Counted from the stretch's first letter, positions 37,867 through 47,109 are shown. The stretch: DNA of 64,000 bases from Patescibacteria group bacterium (GCA_020148045.1 JAHCRG010000016.1:68-64067); one strand, 5' to 3'. Numbers and translations are program-made. The notes: a model not told the origin generated them from the sequence alone.

Positions 37867-38919
37867 TTAACATATTTTTAAATTAGCATCAGCTTTAATT
37901 TTCTTCCAGGGTTTGCCCTTTCCTTTGAGCCAATTGAAATATCCTGCTATTCCTATCATTACTGCATTGTCAGTACAGAACTTAAAACTTGGAACCTGAA
38001 ACCTGAAACTTAATTTTTCTTTTTGAATTCTTCGTTGGAATTGCTTACGGAGTTCTTTATTGGCTGAAACGCCGCCCCCTAAAATTATGCTTTCCGCTTT
38101 ATAATCTTTTGCTGCTTTGATGGTTTTTTTAACCAGGACATCAATAATTGCTTGTTGAGTTTCTTTACACATTTCCCGAATATATTTCTTACTTTTTCTT
38201 ATCCTTTGGGGCTGGGTTTTAAAATTATACAAAACAGCAGTTTTCAGGCCAGAGAAACTAAAATCATAATTTTTCTGCTTTATCATCGGCCTCGGCAAAC
38301 TGACAGAGGACGGGCCTCTGTTCGTTCTGCTCGCTTCAATGGCGATAGCTGGTCCTCCGGGATATTCAAGGCCTAAAATCTTAGCTACTTTGTCAAAACA
38401 TTCTCCTGCCGCGTCATCCCTTGTTTCTCCAAGAATTTTGTATTTCCCAAAATCTTTCATTAATATCAATTGCGTATGCCCCCCGCTTACCACTAAACAA
38501 ATCGCCGGAAATAACTGTTCTTTGTTCTTTGTTTTTTGTTCTTTGATGAAGTTGGCAAAGATGTGCGCTTCAATATGGTTAACTGGTACAATCGGCAAAT
38601 TCCAGAAATTCGCCAGGGCTTTGGCAAAGTTTACTCCTACCCACAAACAAGGCTCCAAGCCAGGCCCAACGGTTACTGTGATTAAATCAATTTTAGGGTT
38701 TTTTGCTTTCTTTAATGCTTTTTCCAACACAAGAGGCAGATTCTTTTGGTGTTCTCTTTTGGCTAGAGTAGGGTATACTCCTCCCCATTTTTTATGAATT
38801 TCTACTTGCGAAGAAACAATATTTGATAAAATATTAAAACGAGGACGTCTTTGTCCTTTTGCTTCTATAATTGCTACGCAAGTATCATCGCAGGATGTCT
38901 CTATTGATAAAATATTCAT
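37867..38919 (-). CDS. tsaD: t6A37 threonylcarbamoyltransferase TsaD
   Basis: IETSCDDT, NHIEAH, VSGGHT, TDNAVMI. Confidence 0.97.
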   Translation of the reverse strand: MNILSIETSCDDTCVAIIEAKGQRRPRFNILSNIVSSQVEIHKKWGGVYPTLAKREHQKNLPLVLEKALKKAKNPKIDLITVTVGPGLEPCLWVGVNFAKALANFWNLPIVPVNHIEAHIFANFIKEQKTKNKEQLFPAICLVVSGGHTQLILMKDFGKYKILGETRDDAAGECFDKVAKILGLEYPGGPAIAIEASRTNRGPSSVSLPRPMIKQKNYDFSFSGLKTAVLYNFKTQPQRIRKSKKYIREMCKETQQAIIDVLVKKTIKAAKDYKAESIILGGGVSANKELRKQFQRRIQKEKLSFRFQVPSFKFCTDNAVMIGIAGYFNWLKGKGKPWKKIKADANLKIC

Positions 38920-38983
38920 ATTCCATTATCTTATCTAAAAACTTGATTTTTTTCAATTTTTATGATAGAATAAAAAATAAATT

Positions 38984-39055
38984 GGCCCCATCGTCTAGTG
39001 GTTAGGACATTTGATTTTCAATCAAAAAACCGGGTTTCGACTACCCGTGGGGCCG
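38984..39055 (+). tRNA. tRNA-Glu(TTC)
   Basis: tttga-tt-TTC-aa-tcaaa; T-stem cgggt/acccg. Confidence 0.93.
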
Positions 39056-39091
39056 CAAAAATTAAAAATACCACAAAAAAGCCCAAAGGGC

Positions 39092-39119
39092 TTGACAAAA
39101 TATATAGGTATGCTATAAT
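39092..39119 (+). promoter_or_regulatory. Consensus sigma70 promoter
   Basis: TTGACA-N16-TATAAT with extended TG. Confidence 0.85.
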
Positions 39120-39187
39120 ACAGGTGTACTTTGAAAATTAAACAATGGGTGTAAATGGTAACCTTTTAAAGAAAGAGAGGTAGTAAA

Positions 39188-39721
39188 ATGAAACGCTTAA
39201 TTTTGACAATCACAATAGGATTAGTACTGATTGGCATTAACACAGATGTGGCAAATGCACAAGTTAACTGGGGATACATTGCACGGAGTGAAGTGACACG
39301 TCATACCGGATGTTTTCCACGTATAGGTGGCGGCTATAATTTGTCGCGTCTAATACGTGGTGGGTTCGGTGGCCGCCGCTATTATGGCGGATATGGCTGT
39401 GGGCGTGATCGTACGCTCAGGAGAGTAGTAGGTTATGGCGGATTAGCAATGGATGTGCTTCAAATGCTAGACCAGAATTCAGCAAACAATCGAGTATTAA
39501 ACAGTCAGATATCAGCAACCAATCGAACGCTGACTATGGCTGAAAGAGAACAGCGGTTTAGGCATCAACAAATCAGAACCCGGAACAATAGGGTCTTGGT
39601 GAGAAAAGGGTCAATAGCCCAGGGAAACGAAGAACTTCGGAAAGAAGTAGAGAAGTTAAGGCTGGAAGTGGAGAAATTAAATCTCCAGCAAGAAATCAAG
39701 AAAGAAGCGGAAAAACAATAA
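39188..39721 (+). CDS. Secreted Gly/Arg-rich hypothetical protein with C-terminal coiled coil
   Basis: Signal peptide ending ANA, SD GAGAGG, own promoter and terminator. Confidence 0.8.
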   Translation: MKRLILTITIGLVLIGINTDVANAQVNWGYIARSEVTRHTGCFPRIGGGYNLSRLIRGGFGGRRYYGGYGCGRDRTLRRVVGYGGLAMDVLQMLDQNSANNRVLNSQISATNRTLTMAEREQRFRHQQIRTRNNRVLVRKGSIAQGNEELRKEVEKLRLEVEKLNLQQEIKKEAEKQ

Positions 39722-39749
39722 CACATTACACCCGCAACACAAAGTACCA

Positions 39750-39785
39750 GGGCGATCCCAAAATATTGGATCGCCTCTTTTTTTT
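39750..39785 (+). terminator. Intrinsic terminator
   Basis: ggcgatcc/ggatcgcc stem + T tract. Confidence 0.85.
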
Positions 39786-39814
39786 CTAAAAAAAGTGCTA
39801 TTATACAGGATATA

Positions 39815-41359
39815 ATGGAACAAAAAAATTACTATCTTAAAATTGGCAGAGCTACAGATTTAAAAAATCCAAGAGAGAGGTTTCTTTTTAGATTATTTGA
39901 AATTTTTCCCGGAGCCCTATCTTGGGGAATTTTATTTTTAGCTATTTTTCTTTCTTGGAAACAGCCCTTTTGGGTTGCTGTTTTTATTATAATTTTTGTA
40001 ATATTTTGGTTTTTCCGGACGATTTATTTTTCTTTACATCTTTGGTCAGGCTATAAAAAAATGGCAGAGCACGAAAAAATTAACTGGCTTGGAAAACTTA
40101 GTAAATTACTGGCTACAAAGAATTGGAAAACCCTTTATCATTTGATTGTTATTCCAATGTATGAAGAATCTTTAGAAATTGTTCGGGATACTTTTAAAAG
40201 TTTAGAGAATACGAATTATCCGAAAGATAAAATGATTATAGTTTTAGCTTGCGAGGAAAAGGTTAGGGGCTCTATAGAAAAGACAGTTAAAGAAATTGAA
40301 AAAGAATTTAGCTCAAAATTTTTTAAATTTTTAGTCACCTGGCATCCAGCTAATTTACCGGGCGAAATCGCAGGTAAGGGTTCAAATGAAACCTGGGCAA
40401 CTAAAAAAGCAAAAGAAGAGATTATTGACTCGCTGAAAATCCCTTATGAAAATATAATTTTTTCCTCTTTTGATGTTGATACCTGTGTTTTCCCAAAATA
40501 TTTTAGTTGTCTGACTTACCACTATTTAACTTCGGAAAAACCAACTAAAACCAGTTTTCAGCCAATCCCCCTTTTTGTCAATAATATCTGGCAAGCCCCG
40601 GCGATTTCCCGAGTTTTTTCTTTTTCCTCAAGCTTCTGGCATGCTATGAATCAGGAAAGGCCGGAAAAACTGGTAACCTTTTCCTCTCATTCAATGAGTT
40701 TTAAGGCATTAGTTGATGTTGATTTTAAGCAAACAAATGTTGTTTCAGACGACTCAAGAATTTTCTGGCAATGCTTTTTGAAACATAATGGAGATTACCG
40801 AGTTCAACCCTTATACTACCCAATTTCTATGGATGCTAATGTAGCGAAAAGTTTTTTTAGAACTTTGTTTAATATTTTTCGGCAGCAAAGAAGGTGGGCT
40901 TATGGAGTGGGGGATATCGCCTATTTTCTCTTTGGCTTTTATAAAAATAAAAAAATCCCTTTTCTTAAAAAACTTTCTTTGGGACTTGAATTGATTGAAG
41001 GGCATCTTTCTTGGGCTACTACTAGTATTATAATTTTTGTATTGGGTTGGCTTCCCCTAACTTTGGGAGGACCTGAGTTTTCTCACACCTTAATTTCTTA
41101 TAATTTACCAAAGATAATCAGCCGACTTATGACTTTAGCTATGATTGGTTTATTAAGTTCTATTTATTTGAGTTTTCTTTTGCTTCCGCCCAAACCTCCA
41201 GAGTATGGTCGCTTTAAGTATTTAGTTTTTATTTTTGGCTGGCTTCTATTCCCTATAATGATGATATTTTTTACTGCCCTTCCAGCTCTGGACGCCCAAA
41301 CCCGTTGGCTGCTGGGAAAATATATGGGCTTCTGGGTTACTGAAAAAGTTAGGAAGTAG
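39815..41359 (+). CDS. Membrane GT2 processive-type glycosyltransferase
   Basis: IPMYEE, GK, DVD, SDD, QQRRW; TM helices at both ends. Confidence 0.88.
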   Translation: MEQKNYYLKIGRATDLKNPRERFLFRLFEIFPGALSWGILFLAIFLSWKQPFWVAVFIIIFVIFWFFRTIYFSLHLWSGYKKMAEHEKINWLGKLSKLLATKNWKTLYHLIVIPMYEESLEIVRDTFKSLENTNYPKDKMIIVLACEEKVRGSIEKTVKEIEKEFSSKFFKFLVTWHPANLPGEIAGKGSNETWATKKAKEEIIDSLKIPYENIIFSSFDVDTCVFPKYFSCLTYHYLTSEKPTKTSFQPIPLFVNNIWQAPAISRVFSFSSSFWHAMNQERPEKLVTFSSHSMSFKALVDVDFKQTNVVSDDSRIFWQCFLKHNGDYRVQPLYYPISMDANVAKSFFRTLFNIFRQQRRWAYGVGDIAYFLFGFYKNKKIPFLKKLSLGLELIEGHLSWATTSIIIFVLGWLPLTLGGPEFSHTLISYNLPKIISRLMTLAMIGLLSSIYLSFLLLPPKPPEYGRFKYLVFIFGWLLFPIMMIFFTALPALDAQTRWLLGKYMGFWVTEKVRK

Positions 41360-41412
41360 GCCAGGCCTACTTTTATTCTAAGAAACCAAAAAGTAAAAAA
41401 ATATCATGGGAT

Positions 41413-41535
41413 AAAAAAAAGAAACCCTAACACATGGGCACTCATGTATTGTTAGGGTTTTAAGAAGTACCTCTCCAGTCGGTTCTCGCGGCATTCAGGC
41501 CGCGACTGGAAGACCTGAGCACCGTATTTCTTTTG
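41413..41535 (-). ncRNA. Candidate structured small RNA of unknown family
   Basis: Promoter TTGACA-N16-TATAAT (41569-41542), GC-rich stem-loop, terminator aaaccctaac/gttagggttt + T tract. Confidence 0.6.
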
Positions 41536-41686
41536 TATTCCATTATAGCAAACTCCCAGAATTTGTCAAGGTTTTTCATCTGAACTTCTTCTCTGATTTG
41601 AAAAAAATTCTGTAAGCACTACAGAAAACATATAGTACATCAGGATTCGTATCATTGGTATATCATTCGTATATTGATATCGCTGT

Positions 41687-43810
41687 TTATTCTAAGTGGA
41701 TGCGTTGGCGGAATCTTGATAATTTATCCTGCAGAAAAGGATATTTTTTTAATTGGGGGTCTTCTAATAGAATTTGTTTTGCTGATTCTCTGGTTTTTTC
41801 AACCAAAGATATATCTTTTAGAGAATTCATCATCAAATCAGGAATTCCCCATTGTCTGGTGCCGCTAAAGTCACCAGGCCCTCTGATTTCCAAGTCCTTT
41901 TCAGCTAAAGCAAATCCATCTTCAGAAGTAATTAAAGCTTTTAGGCGCTGGTGAGTTTTTTTGGCAGGCGAGTCAGTAAATAACAAACAATATGATTGAT
42001 AACCTGCTCTACCAACTCTTCCTCTAAACTGATGAAGTTGAGCTAAGCCAAAACGTTCTGCTCCCTCAATCATCATTACCGTAGCGTTAGGGACATCAAT
42101 TCCTACTTCAATTACTGAAGTTGAAACCAAGATATCAGTTTTTTTGTTTTTGAAATCCTTCATTATATTTTCTTTTTCTTTGGTTGCCATTTTTCCATGA
42201 AGCATTTCTACTTTTAAATCGGGGAAGATTTCTTTTGAAAGTTTTTCATATTCTTCTTTTACTGCTTTTACTTCTGACCAACCTAAAACGTCTGTTTCAT
42301 TTGCTTCCTTATTACCAGCCTCGATGCGAGGACAAATTACAAAAACCTGTCTTCCTTTTTTAACTTCTTTTTCGATAAACTCATGGGTTTTTTCTCTTTC
42401 TTTTGGGTTAATTACCTTGGTAATTATTTTTTTTCTGCCTTTTGGTAATTCATTAATTAAAGAAAGGTCCAGGTCGCCATAAACAGTTAAAGCAAGAGTA
42501 CGGGGGATAGGAGTGGCAGTCATAGATAGAAGATGAGGCAAAATTTTAGCCTGTCCGTTCTGCTTGCAGAGGCGGGCTCGCTGCTCTACTCCAAAACGGT
42601 GCTGCTCGTCCAAAATAACCAGTCCCAATTTCCCGAATTTTACCTTGTCTTGGATTAAAGCGTGAGTGCCAATTAAAATATCCAGTTCGCCATTTATTGT
42701 TTTTTCTAATAATTTTTTTCGGGAAATCTCTATTACCTCGTTTTTTAATTTTTTTGAACGAAACTGGTCTTGTTTCCCGGTTAATAAACCAATATTTACT
42801 TTAAAATCTTTAAGGAGCTTAGCTACTTCCTGGAAGTGTTGCTTAGCTAAAATTTCAGTGGGAGCCATAAAAGCAGCTTGATATCCTTGCTTAATAGTAT
42901 TTAAAGCAGCCATTGCAGCAACAACAGTTTTTCCAGAACCAACGTCTCCTTCAAGAAGACGGTTCATTGGTATTGGCCTTTCCAAATCCTTTAAAATCTG
43001 CCAGGCAGATTTTTTCTGCGCGTCAGTTAGTTTAAATGACAATGACTTAACAAAATCCTGAATTGTTTCTAATTTAATTGGAAGAGAAACTGATTTTTCC
43101 TGATTAAGACGGTTTCTTTCTCTTAAAACAAAGAGCTGGATATAGAAAAGTTCTTCAAAAGAAAATCTCTCTTGGGCTTTTTGCGATAATTTTACAGAGC
43201 TCGGGAAATGAACCTCCCAAAGAGCTTTCTTAACTGGCATAAGATTATATTCTTTTATTATTTCTTTAGGCAGGGTTTCATTGATTTGATTTTCAAGATT
43301 GGTTAATAAAGGTTTTAGAATAAACCTGAGCCATCTTGAAGACAAGCCAGCTGTTTCCGGATAAACCGGAATGAGCCGGCCAGTATGAGTTAAATCAGAT
43401 GACAAATCTCCTTTTTCATAAATAGGGCTTGATAAATACACGCCGTTTTTTGATATTATTGCTTTTCCTGAAAGAAAAACATTATCTTCTTTTTTTAAAA
43501 CTCTGGTTAAATAGGGCTGGTTAAACCAGGTTACTTTTATTGCTCCGGTTTTGTCTTCTATAATTGCCTGGGTTAGAAACATTTTTCTCTTCCAGGTTTT
43601 GGCGGTTTTAATTTCCAGAATTTTTCCATAAACTGTACAAATTTCATTTATTTTTACTTTTGAAATAGGAATTAAATTAGAAAAATCCTCGTAGCGGCGA
43701 GGAAAATGAAAAAGCAAATCCTGAACTGTTTTAATGCCTAATTTCTTTAATTTCTTCTGAAAAACAGGCCCAATCCCAGAAATATTTTCAATAGGAGTAG
43801 AGAGAGTCAT
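41687..43810 (-). CDS. recG: ATP-dependent DNA helicase RecG
   Basis: GDVGSGKT, DEQHRFG, TATPIPRT, QFRGRVGR, DLEIRGPG. Confidence 0.98.
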   Translation of the reverse strand: MTLSTPIENISGIGPVFQKKLKKLGIKTVQDLLFHFPRRYEDFSNLIPISKVKINEICTVYGKILEIKTAKTWKRKMFLTQAIIEDKTGAIKVTWFNQPYLTRVLKKEDNVFLSGKAIISKNGVYLSSPIYEKGDLSSDLTHTGRLIPVYPETAGLSSRWLRFILKPLLTNLENQINETLPKEIIKEYNLMPVKKALWEVHFPSSVKLSQKAQERFSFEELFYIQLFVLRERNRLNQEKSVSLPIKLETIQDFVKSLSFKLTDAQKKSAWQILKDLERPIPMNRLLEGDVGSGKTVVAAMAALNTIKQGYQAAFMAPTEILAKQHFQEVAKLLKDFKVNIGLLTGKQDQFRSKKLKNEVIEISRKKLLEKTINGELDILIGTHALIQDKVKFGKLGLVILDEQHRFGVEQRARLCKQNGQAKILPHLLSMTATPIPRTLALTVYGDLDLSLINELPKGRKKIITKVINPKEREKTHEFIEKEVKKGRQVFVICPRIEAGNKEANETDVLGWSEVKAVKEEYEKLSKEIFPDLKVEMLHGKMATKEKENIMKDFKNKKTDILVSTSVIEVGIDVPNATVMMIEGAERFGLAQLHQFRGRVGRAGYQSYCLLFTDSPAKKTHQRLKALITSEDGFALAEKDLEIRGPGDFSGTRQWGIPDLMMNSLKDISLVEKTRESAKQILLEDPQLKKYPFLQDKLSRFRQRIHLE

Positions 43811-43812
43811 TG

Positions 43813-43885
43813 TGCGCCTAGTAGGAATCGAACCTACGACCTCGAAGTCCGCAACTTCGCGCTCTATCCACTGAGCTACAGGCGC
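43813..43885 (-). tRNA. tRNA-Arg(GCG)
   Basis: cgaag-tt-GCG-ga-cttcg, A20 in D-loop. Confidence 0.93.
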
Positions 43886-43963
43886 ATTTACTTTTTTAAT
43901 TTATCATAAAATTTCCCAAAAATCAATTGACGCCGACAGATTTATTTGATAAAATAAAGATAC

Positions 43964-44054
43964 GGAGAGGTGCCTGAGTGGTTGAAAGGGGAAGTTTGCT
44001 AAACTTCTATAGGGTGTAATAGCCTTATCGAGGGTTCGAATCCCTCCCTCTCCG
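43964..44054 (+). tRNA. tRNA-Ser(GCT)
   Basis: gaagt-tt-GCT-aa-acttc, long variable arm, G73. Confidence 0.95.
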
Positions 44055-44059
44055 CATAA

Positions 44060-44146
44060 GGCGGGATGCTGGAGTCTGGTTTAACAGGGCTGTCTTGAAA
44101 ACAGTTGTACCGAAAGGTACCGTAGGTTCGAATCCTACTCCCGCCG
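44060..44146 (+). tRNA. tRNA-Ser(TGA)
   Basis: gctgt-ct-TGA-aa-acagt, variable arm, G73. Confidence 0.95.
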
Positions 44147-44222
44147 CAGATGTTGCATGTTTGCCACTTCTGAAGTTGGATAGATGCAACCCCTGATTCA
44201 TCTCTAACGAATCAAAAAATTT

Positions 44223-44639
44223 ATGAAAATATATTTTGCAGGATCAATTCGTGCTGGAAGAGAAGATCAAAATACCTATTTTAAAATAATTGAATATCTT
44301 AAAAAATACGGACAGGTTTTGACCGAACATATTGGAGAGAAAAATTTAACTGATTTAGGAGAGAAAGATATATCTGAAGAAGAAATTTATGAAAGGGATC
44401 TGTCTTGGCTTAAGGAGGCAGATGTTTTTGTTGCAGAAATTTCAACCCCTTCTCTTGGTGTTGGTTATGAGATAGCAAAAGTTGAAGAATGGGGGAAAAG
44501 AATTTTGTGTCTTTGTAGGAAACCAGAAGACGGGAAGAAAATATCTTCTATGATGAAAGGAAATAAGAACATAATATTGAAAGAGTATAATGATTTAGAT
44601 GAAGCATTTCAATGTATTAATGATTTTCTAAAACAATAG
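44223..44639 (+). CDS. Nucleoside 2-deoxyribosyltransferase / DNPH1-like N-glycosidase
   Basis: IYFAGSIR, VLTEH, ERD..W, PSLGVGYEI. Confidence 0.92.
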   Translation: MKIYFAGSIRAGREDQNTYFKIIEYLKKYGQVLTEHIGEKNLTDLGEKDISEEEIYERDLSWLKEADVFVAEISTPSLGVGYEIAKVEEWGKRILCLCRKPEDGKKISSMMKGNKNIILKEYNDLDEAFQCINDFLKQ

Positions 44640-44702
44640 ACCTTGTCTAGATTCGAACGTTGTCCAAGAGAGATACTGATCGGGTTTTTTTTAAAATATT
44701 TT

Positions 44703-45128
44703 ATGGCAGAGAAATATGAAAAATTTCATATAGGAATAAATGTTTTTGTTGTAAGAAACAAAAAGTTATTATTAGGAAAAAGAAAAAATGTATACGGTGC
44801 AGGGACCTGGGGTTTACCAGGTGGTCATTTGGAATACGGAGAAAGTATGAGGGGAGCTGCTGCTCGGGAGCTGGAAGAGGAGGTAGGGTTAGAAGCACGT
44901 GAATTTAAATTCGCAGGACTTATAAACGATGTACGTAAAGACGAACATTACCTCCAAGTAGGGTTCTTAGCCAAAGATATGGAAGATAAAGAACCTATAT
45001 TAAATGAGCCCGAAAGATGTTACGAATGGAAATGGTTTGATTTGGATAATCTACCAGAAAAAATTTTCCCCGGACATATTAAACAAATTCAGATTTTTAA
45101 GAAGGAAAGTTATTTTTCGGATAAATAG
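44703..45128 (+). CDS. NUDIX hydrolase (NUDT15-like)
   Basis: Nudix box GGHLEYGE....AARELEEEVG, EPERC..WKWF; ATG 44703. Confidence 0.93.
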   Translation: MAEKYEKFHIGINVFVVRNKKLLLGKRKNVYGAGTWGLPGGHLEYGESMRGAAARELEEEVGLEAREFKFAGLINDVRKDEHYLQVGFLAKDMEDKEPILNEPERCYEWKWFDLDNLPEKIFPGHIKQIQIFKKESYFSDK

Positions 45129-45161
45129 GTTTGAACGTCGTCCACGAGGCCCCGCCAAGAA

Positions 45162-45189
45162 CAAAAAACCGGCTTCGCCGGTTTTTTTG
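45162..45189. terminator. Bidirectional intrinsic terminator
   Basis: aaaaaaccggc-ttc-gccggtttttt. Confidence 0.88.
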
Positions 45190-45903
45190 TTACCCCCTGG
45201 CGACGACTATGCCCCAGACTTCTTTGGCGCCCGCCTCCTGAAGGAGGCGGGCGCATTGTTCCATTGTTGAGCCGGTGGTGAAAATGTCATCGATTAGAAA
45301 AATTTTTTTACCCATTACTAATTCTGGTTTTTGACATAAAAATACTCCTTTGATATTTTCTTCTCTTTCTTCTTTTTTTAATTCCACTTGGGCTGGGGTC
45401 TGTTTTATTTTTATTAAGATATCATCAAAAAATGGAATCTTCAAAACCTTTGAAAGTTCTTTGGCGATTTCGCTTGCCTGGTTAAATCCCCGTTTTTTTA
45501 ATTTCTTTTTATGAAGGGGAATGGGGATGAGAATAAAATCATTAAATGTAGTTACTTTGTTTAGATTAATAAAATGAGCTATAATTGAAGAAGATAATGG
45601 TTTTGATAGTTCTTTAATATAGGGTTCATATTTGAATTGGTTTATCAGTTTTTTGACAATGAAATTATTGTAAGAAGCAGCACAGTAAAGACCATTTAAA
45701 CTTTTTGACCTCTTGCAAAAATTACAGGTTTTGCCATCAATAACAACTTTTGGCTGGGGGCAAAAAGGACAGTATTGTCTTTCTAAAATATCAATTAAAG
45801 AAAAACAATCTTGGCAGAGATAACTTCCTTCTTTACCGCAGCTGATACAAAATTTCGGAAAAAGAAGGTCAAGAATAAACTCTTTAGTTGAGGATAGATT
45901 CAT
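45190..45903 (-). CDS. comF: ComF family competence protein
   Basis: Double zinc ribbon, RGFNQA, LIDDIFTTGST. Confidence 0.94.
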   Translation of the reverse strand: MNLSSTKEFILDLLFPKFCISCGKEGSYLCQDCFSLIDILERQYCPFCPQPKVVIDGKTCNFCKRSKSLNGLYCAASYNNFIVKKLINQFKYEPYIKELSKPLSSSIIAHFINLNKVTTFNDFILIPIPLHKKKLKKRGFNQASEIAKELSKVLKIPFFDDILIKIKQTPAQVELKKEEREENIKGVFLCQKPELVMGKKIFLIDDIFTTGSTMEQCARLLQEAGAKEVWGIVVARG

Positions 45904-45963
45904 ATTAACATATTAACATTTTAACAAAATGTTTGGATGTTTAAATGCTAAAATGTTTAAATG
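45904..45963. repeat. Heptamer inverted pair (TTAACAT)n ... (AATGTTT)n
   Basis: attaacatattaacattttaaca...atgtttggatgtttaaatgctaaaatgtttaaatg. Confidence 0.8.
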
Positions 45964-46014
45964 AGCTGGTTTTTCCACATAGTCCTTTTCGTTTTAATAT
46001 GATATGATTAAGTA

Positions 46015-47109
46015 ATGTTTCAAGATATACGCGGTTTTTTTAAACTCCGACCTAAAAAATTCTTAGGGATAGATATCGGAACCTCATCAATAAAAATTGT
46101 TGAGATGGGACGCCAAGGCAAGAGTCGCAGACTTGAGAACTACGGAGAAATAAAAACTTCATCTTTTAAAAAGAGACGCTTTAGGGTTTTTCAAAAAAAC
46201 ACTCTTTCACTTTCTAATAGAGAAGTAGCCAAAGCTATTCAGGCTGTCTGTAAAGAAACGGGAATCCAGACCAAAGAAGTTAGTTTTTCCATCCCTGATT
46301 TTTGTAGTTTTTTTACTGGTTTTAAACTTCCTGTGATGGGTAAAGACGAGATTCCCCAGGCAGTTAAATACGAAGTTAGGCCGTATATTCCTCTTCCGCT
46401 TCCCGATGTCACTTTAGATTGGTCAATAACTGAAGGAGAGGTTTCTAAAACTCCTCTTAAGGTTTTGGTAGCAGCTATTCCCAATGATATTATTAATCAA
46501 TATCAGCAGATTGCCCACTTTGCGAATTTAAAATTAAGGATTTTAGAATCAGAGGTGTTTGCTTTAGTTAGAGCTTTAACTAAAAAAAATGAAAAAGAAA
46601 AAAAAGCAATAGGTTTGATAGACATTGGAGCTCGGAGTACTACCTGTAGTGTTCTTGAACAAGGAATTTTAAAAACAAGCTATAGCTTTAATGTTGCTGG
46701 GAATGAATTGACAGAGATTATAGCCAAATCTTTAAATATTGATTATAATGAAGCTGAGGAGATGAAAAGAAAGCATGGATTGCTTTTTAAGAATGGGCTT
46801 GAGGAATCCCAAAGAAATATTAGAAAAATTTTACTTCCTTTAATTGATTCAATTTTAGAAGAGATTAAGAAAGCTTTTCGGAATTTTTATCGCGATGAAG
46901 GAAAAGAAGTAGGGAAGATTATTTTGGCCGGAGGGTTAACTTCAATGCCTGGTTTAAAAGAGTACTTTTCTACAGAGTTAAAAAAAGAATTAGATATTGC
47001 CGATCCCTTTTTTAACATTGCTTGCCCAGTAGTTCTTACCAATACTCTAAAAGAAATAGGACCGAGTTATGCTATTAGTGTTGGTTTAACATTAAAGGGG
47101 CTGGAATAA
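46015..47109 (+). CDS. pilM: Type IV pilus assembly protein PilM
   Basis: LGIDIGTSSIK, IDIGA, ILAGG, GL actin-like motifs. Confidence 0.93.
   Translation: MFQDIRGFFKLRPKKFLGIDIGTSSIKIVEMGRQGKSRRLENYGEIKTSSFKKRRFRVFQKNTLSLSNREVAKAIQAVCKETGIQTKEVSFSIPDFCSFFTGFKLPVMGKDEIPQAVKYEVRPYIPLPLPDVTLDWSITEGEVSKTPLKVLVAAIPNDIINQYQQIAHFANLKLRILESEVFALVRALTKKNEKEKKAIGLIDIGARSTTCSVLEQGILKTSYSFNVAGNELTEIIAKSLNIDYNEAEEMKRKHGLLFKNGLEESQRNIRKILLPLIDSILEEIKKAFRNFYRDEGKEVGKIILAGGLTSMPGLKEYFSTELKKELDIADPFFNIACPVVLTNTLKEIGPSYAISVGLTLKGLE

Noticed and set aside
41461..41525. Assignment of the candidate sRNA as ZTP riboswitch, hammerhead or HDV ribozyme
   Set aside because: Only fragments of the consensus motifs; required cores and spacing are absent, and no downstream gene.
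41655..41954. Plus-strand ORFs overlapping the recG 3' end
   Set aside because: Antisense shadows of recG with no recognisable motifs.
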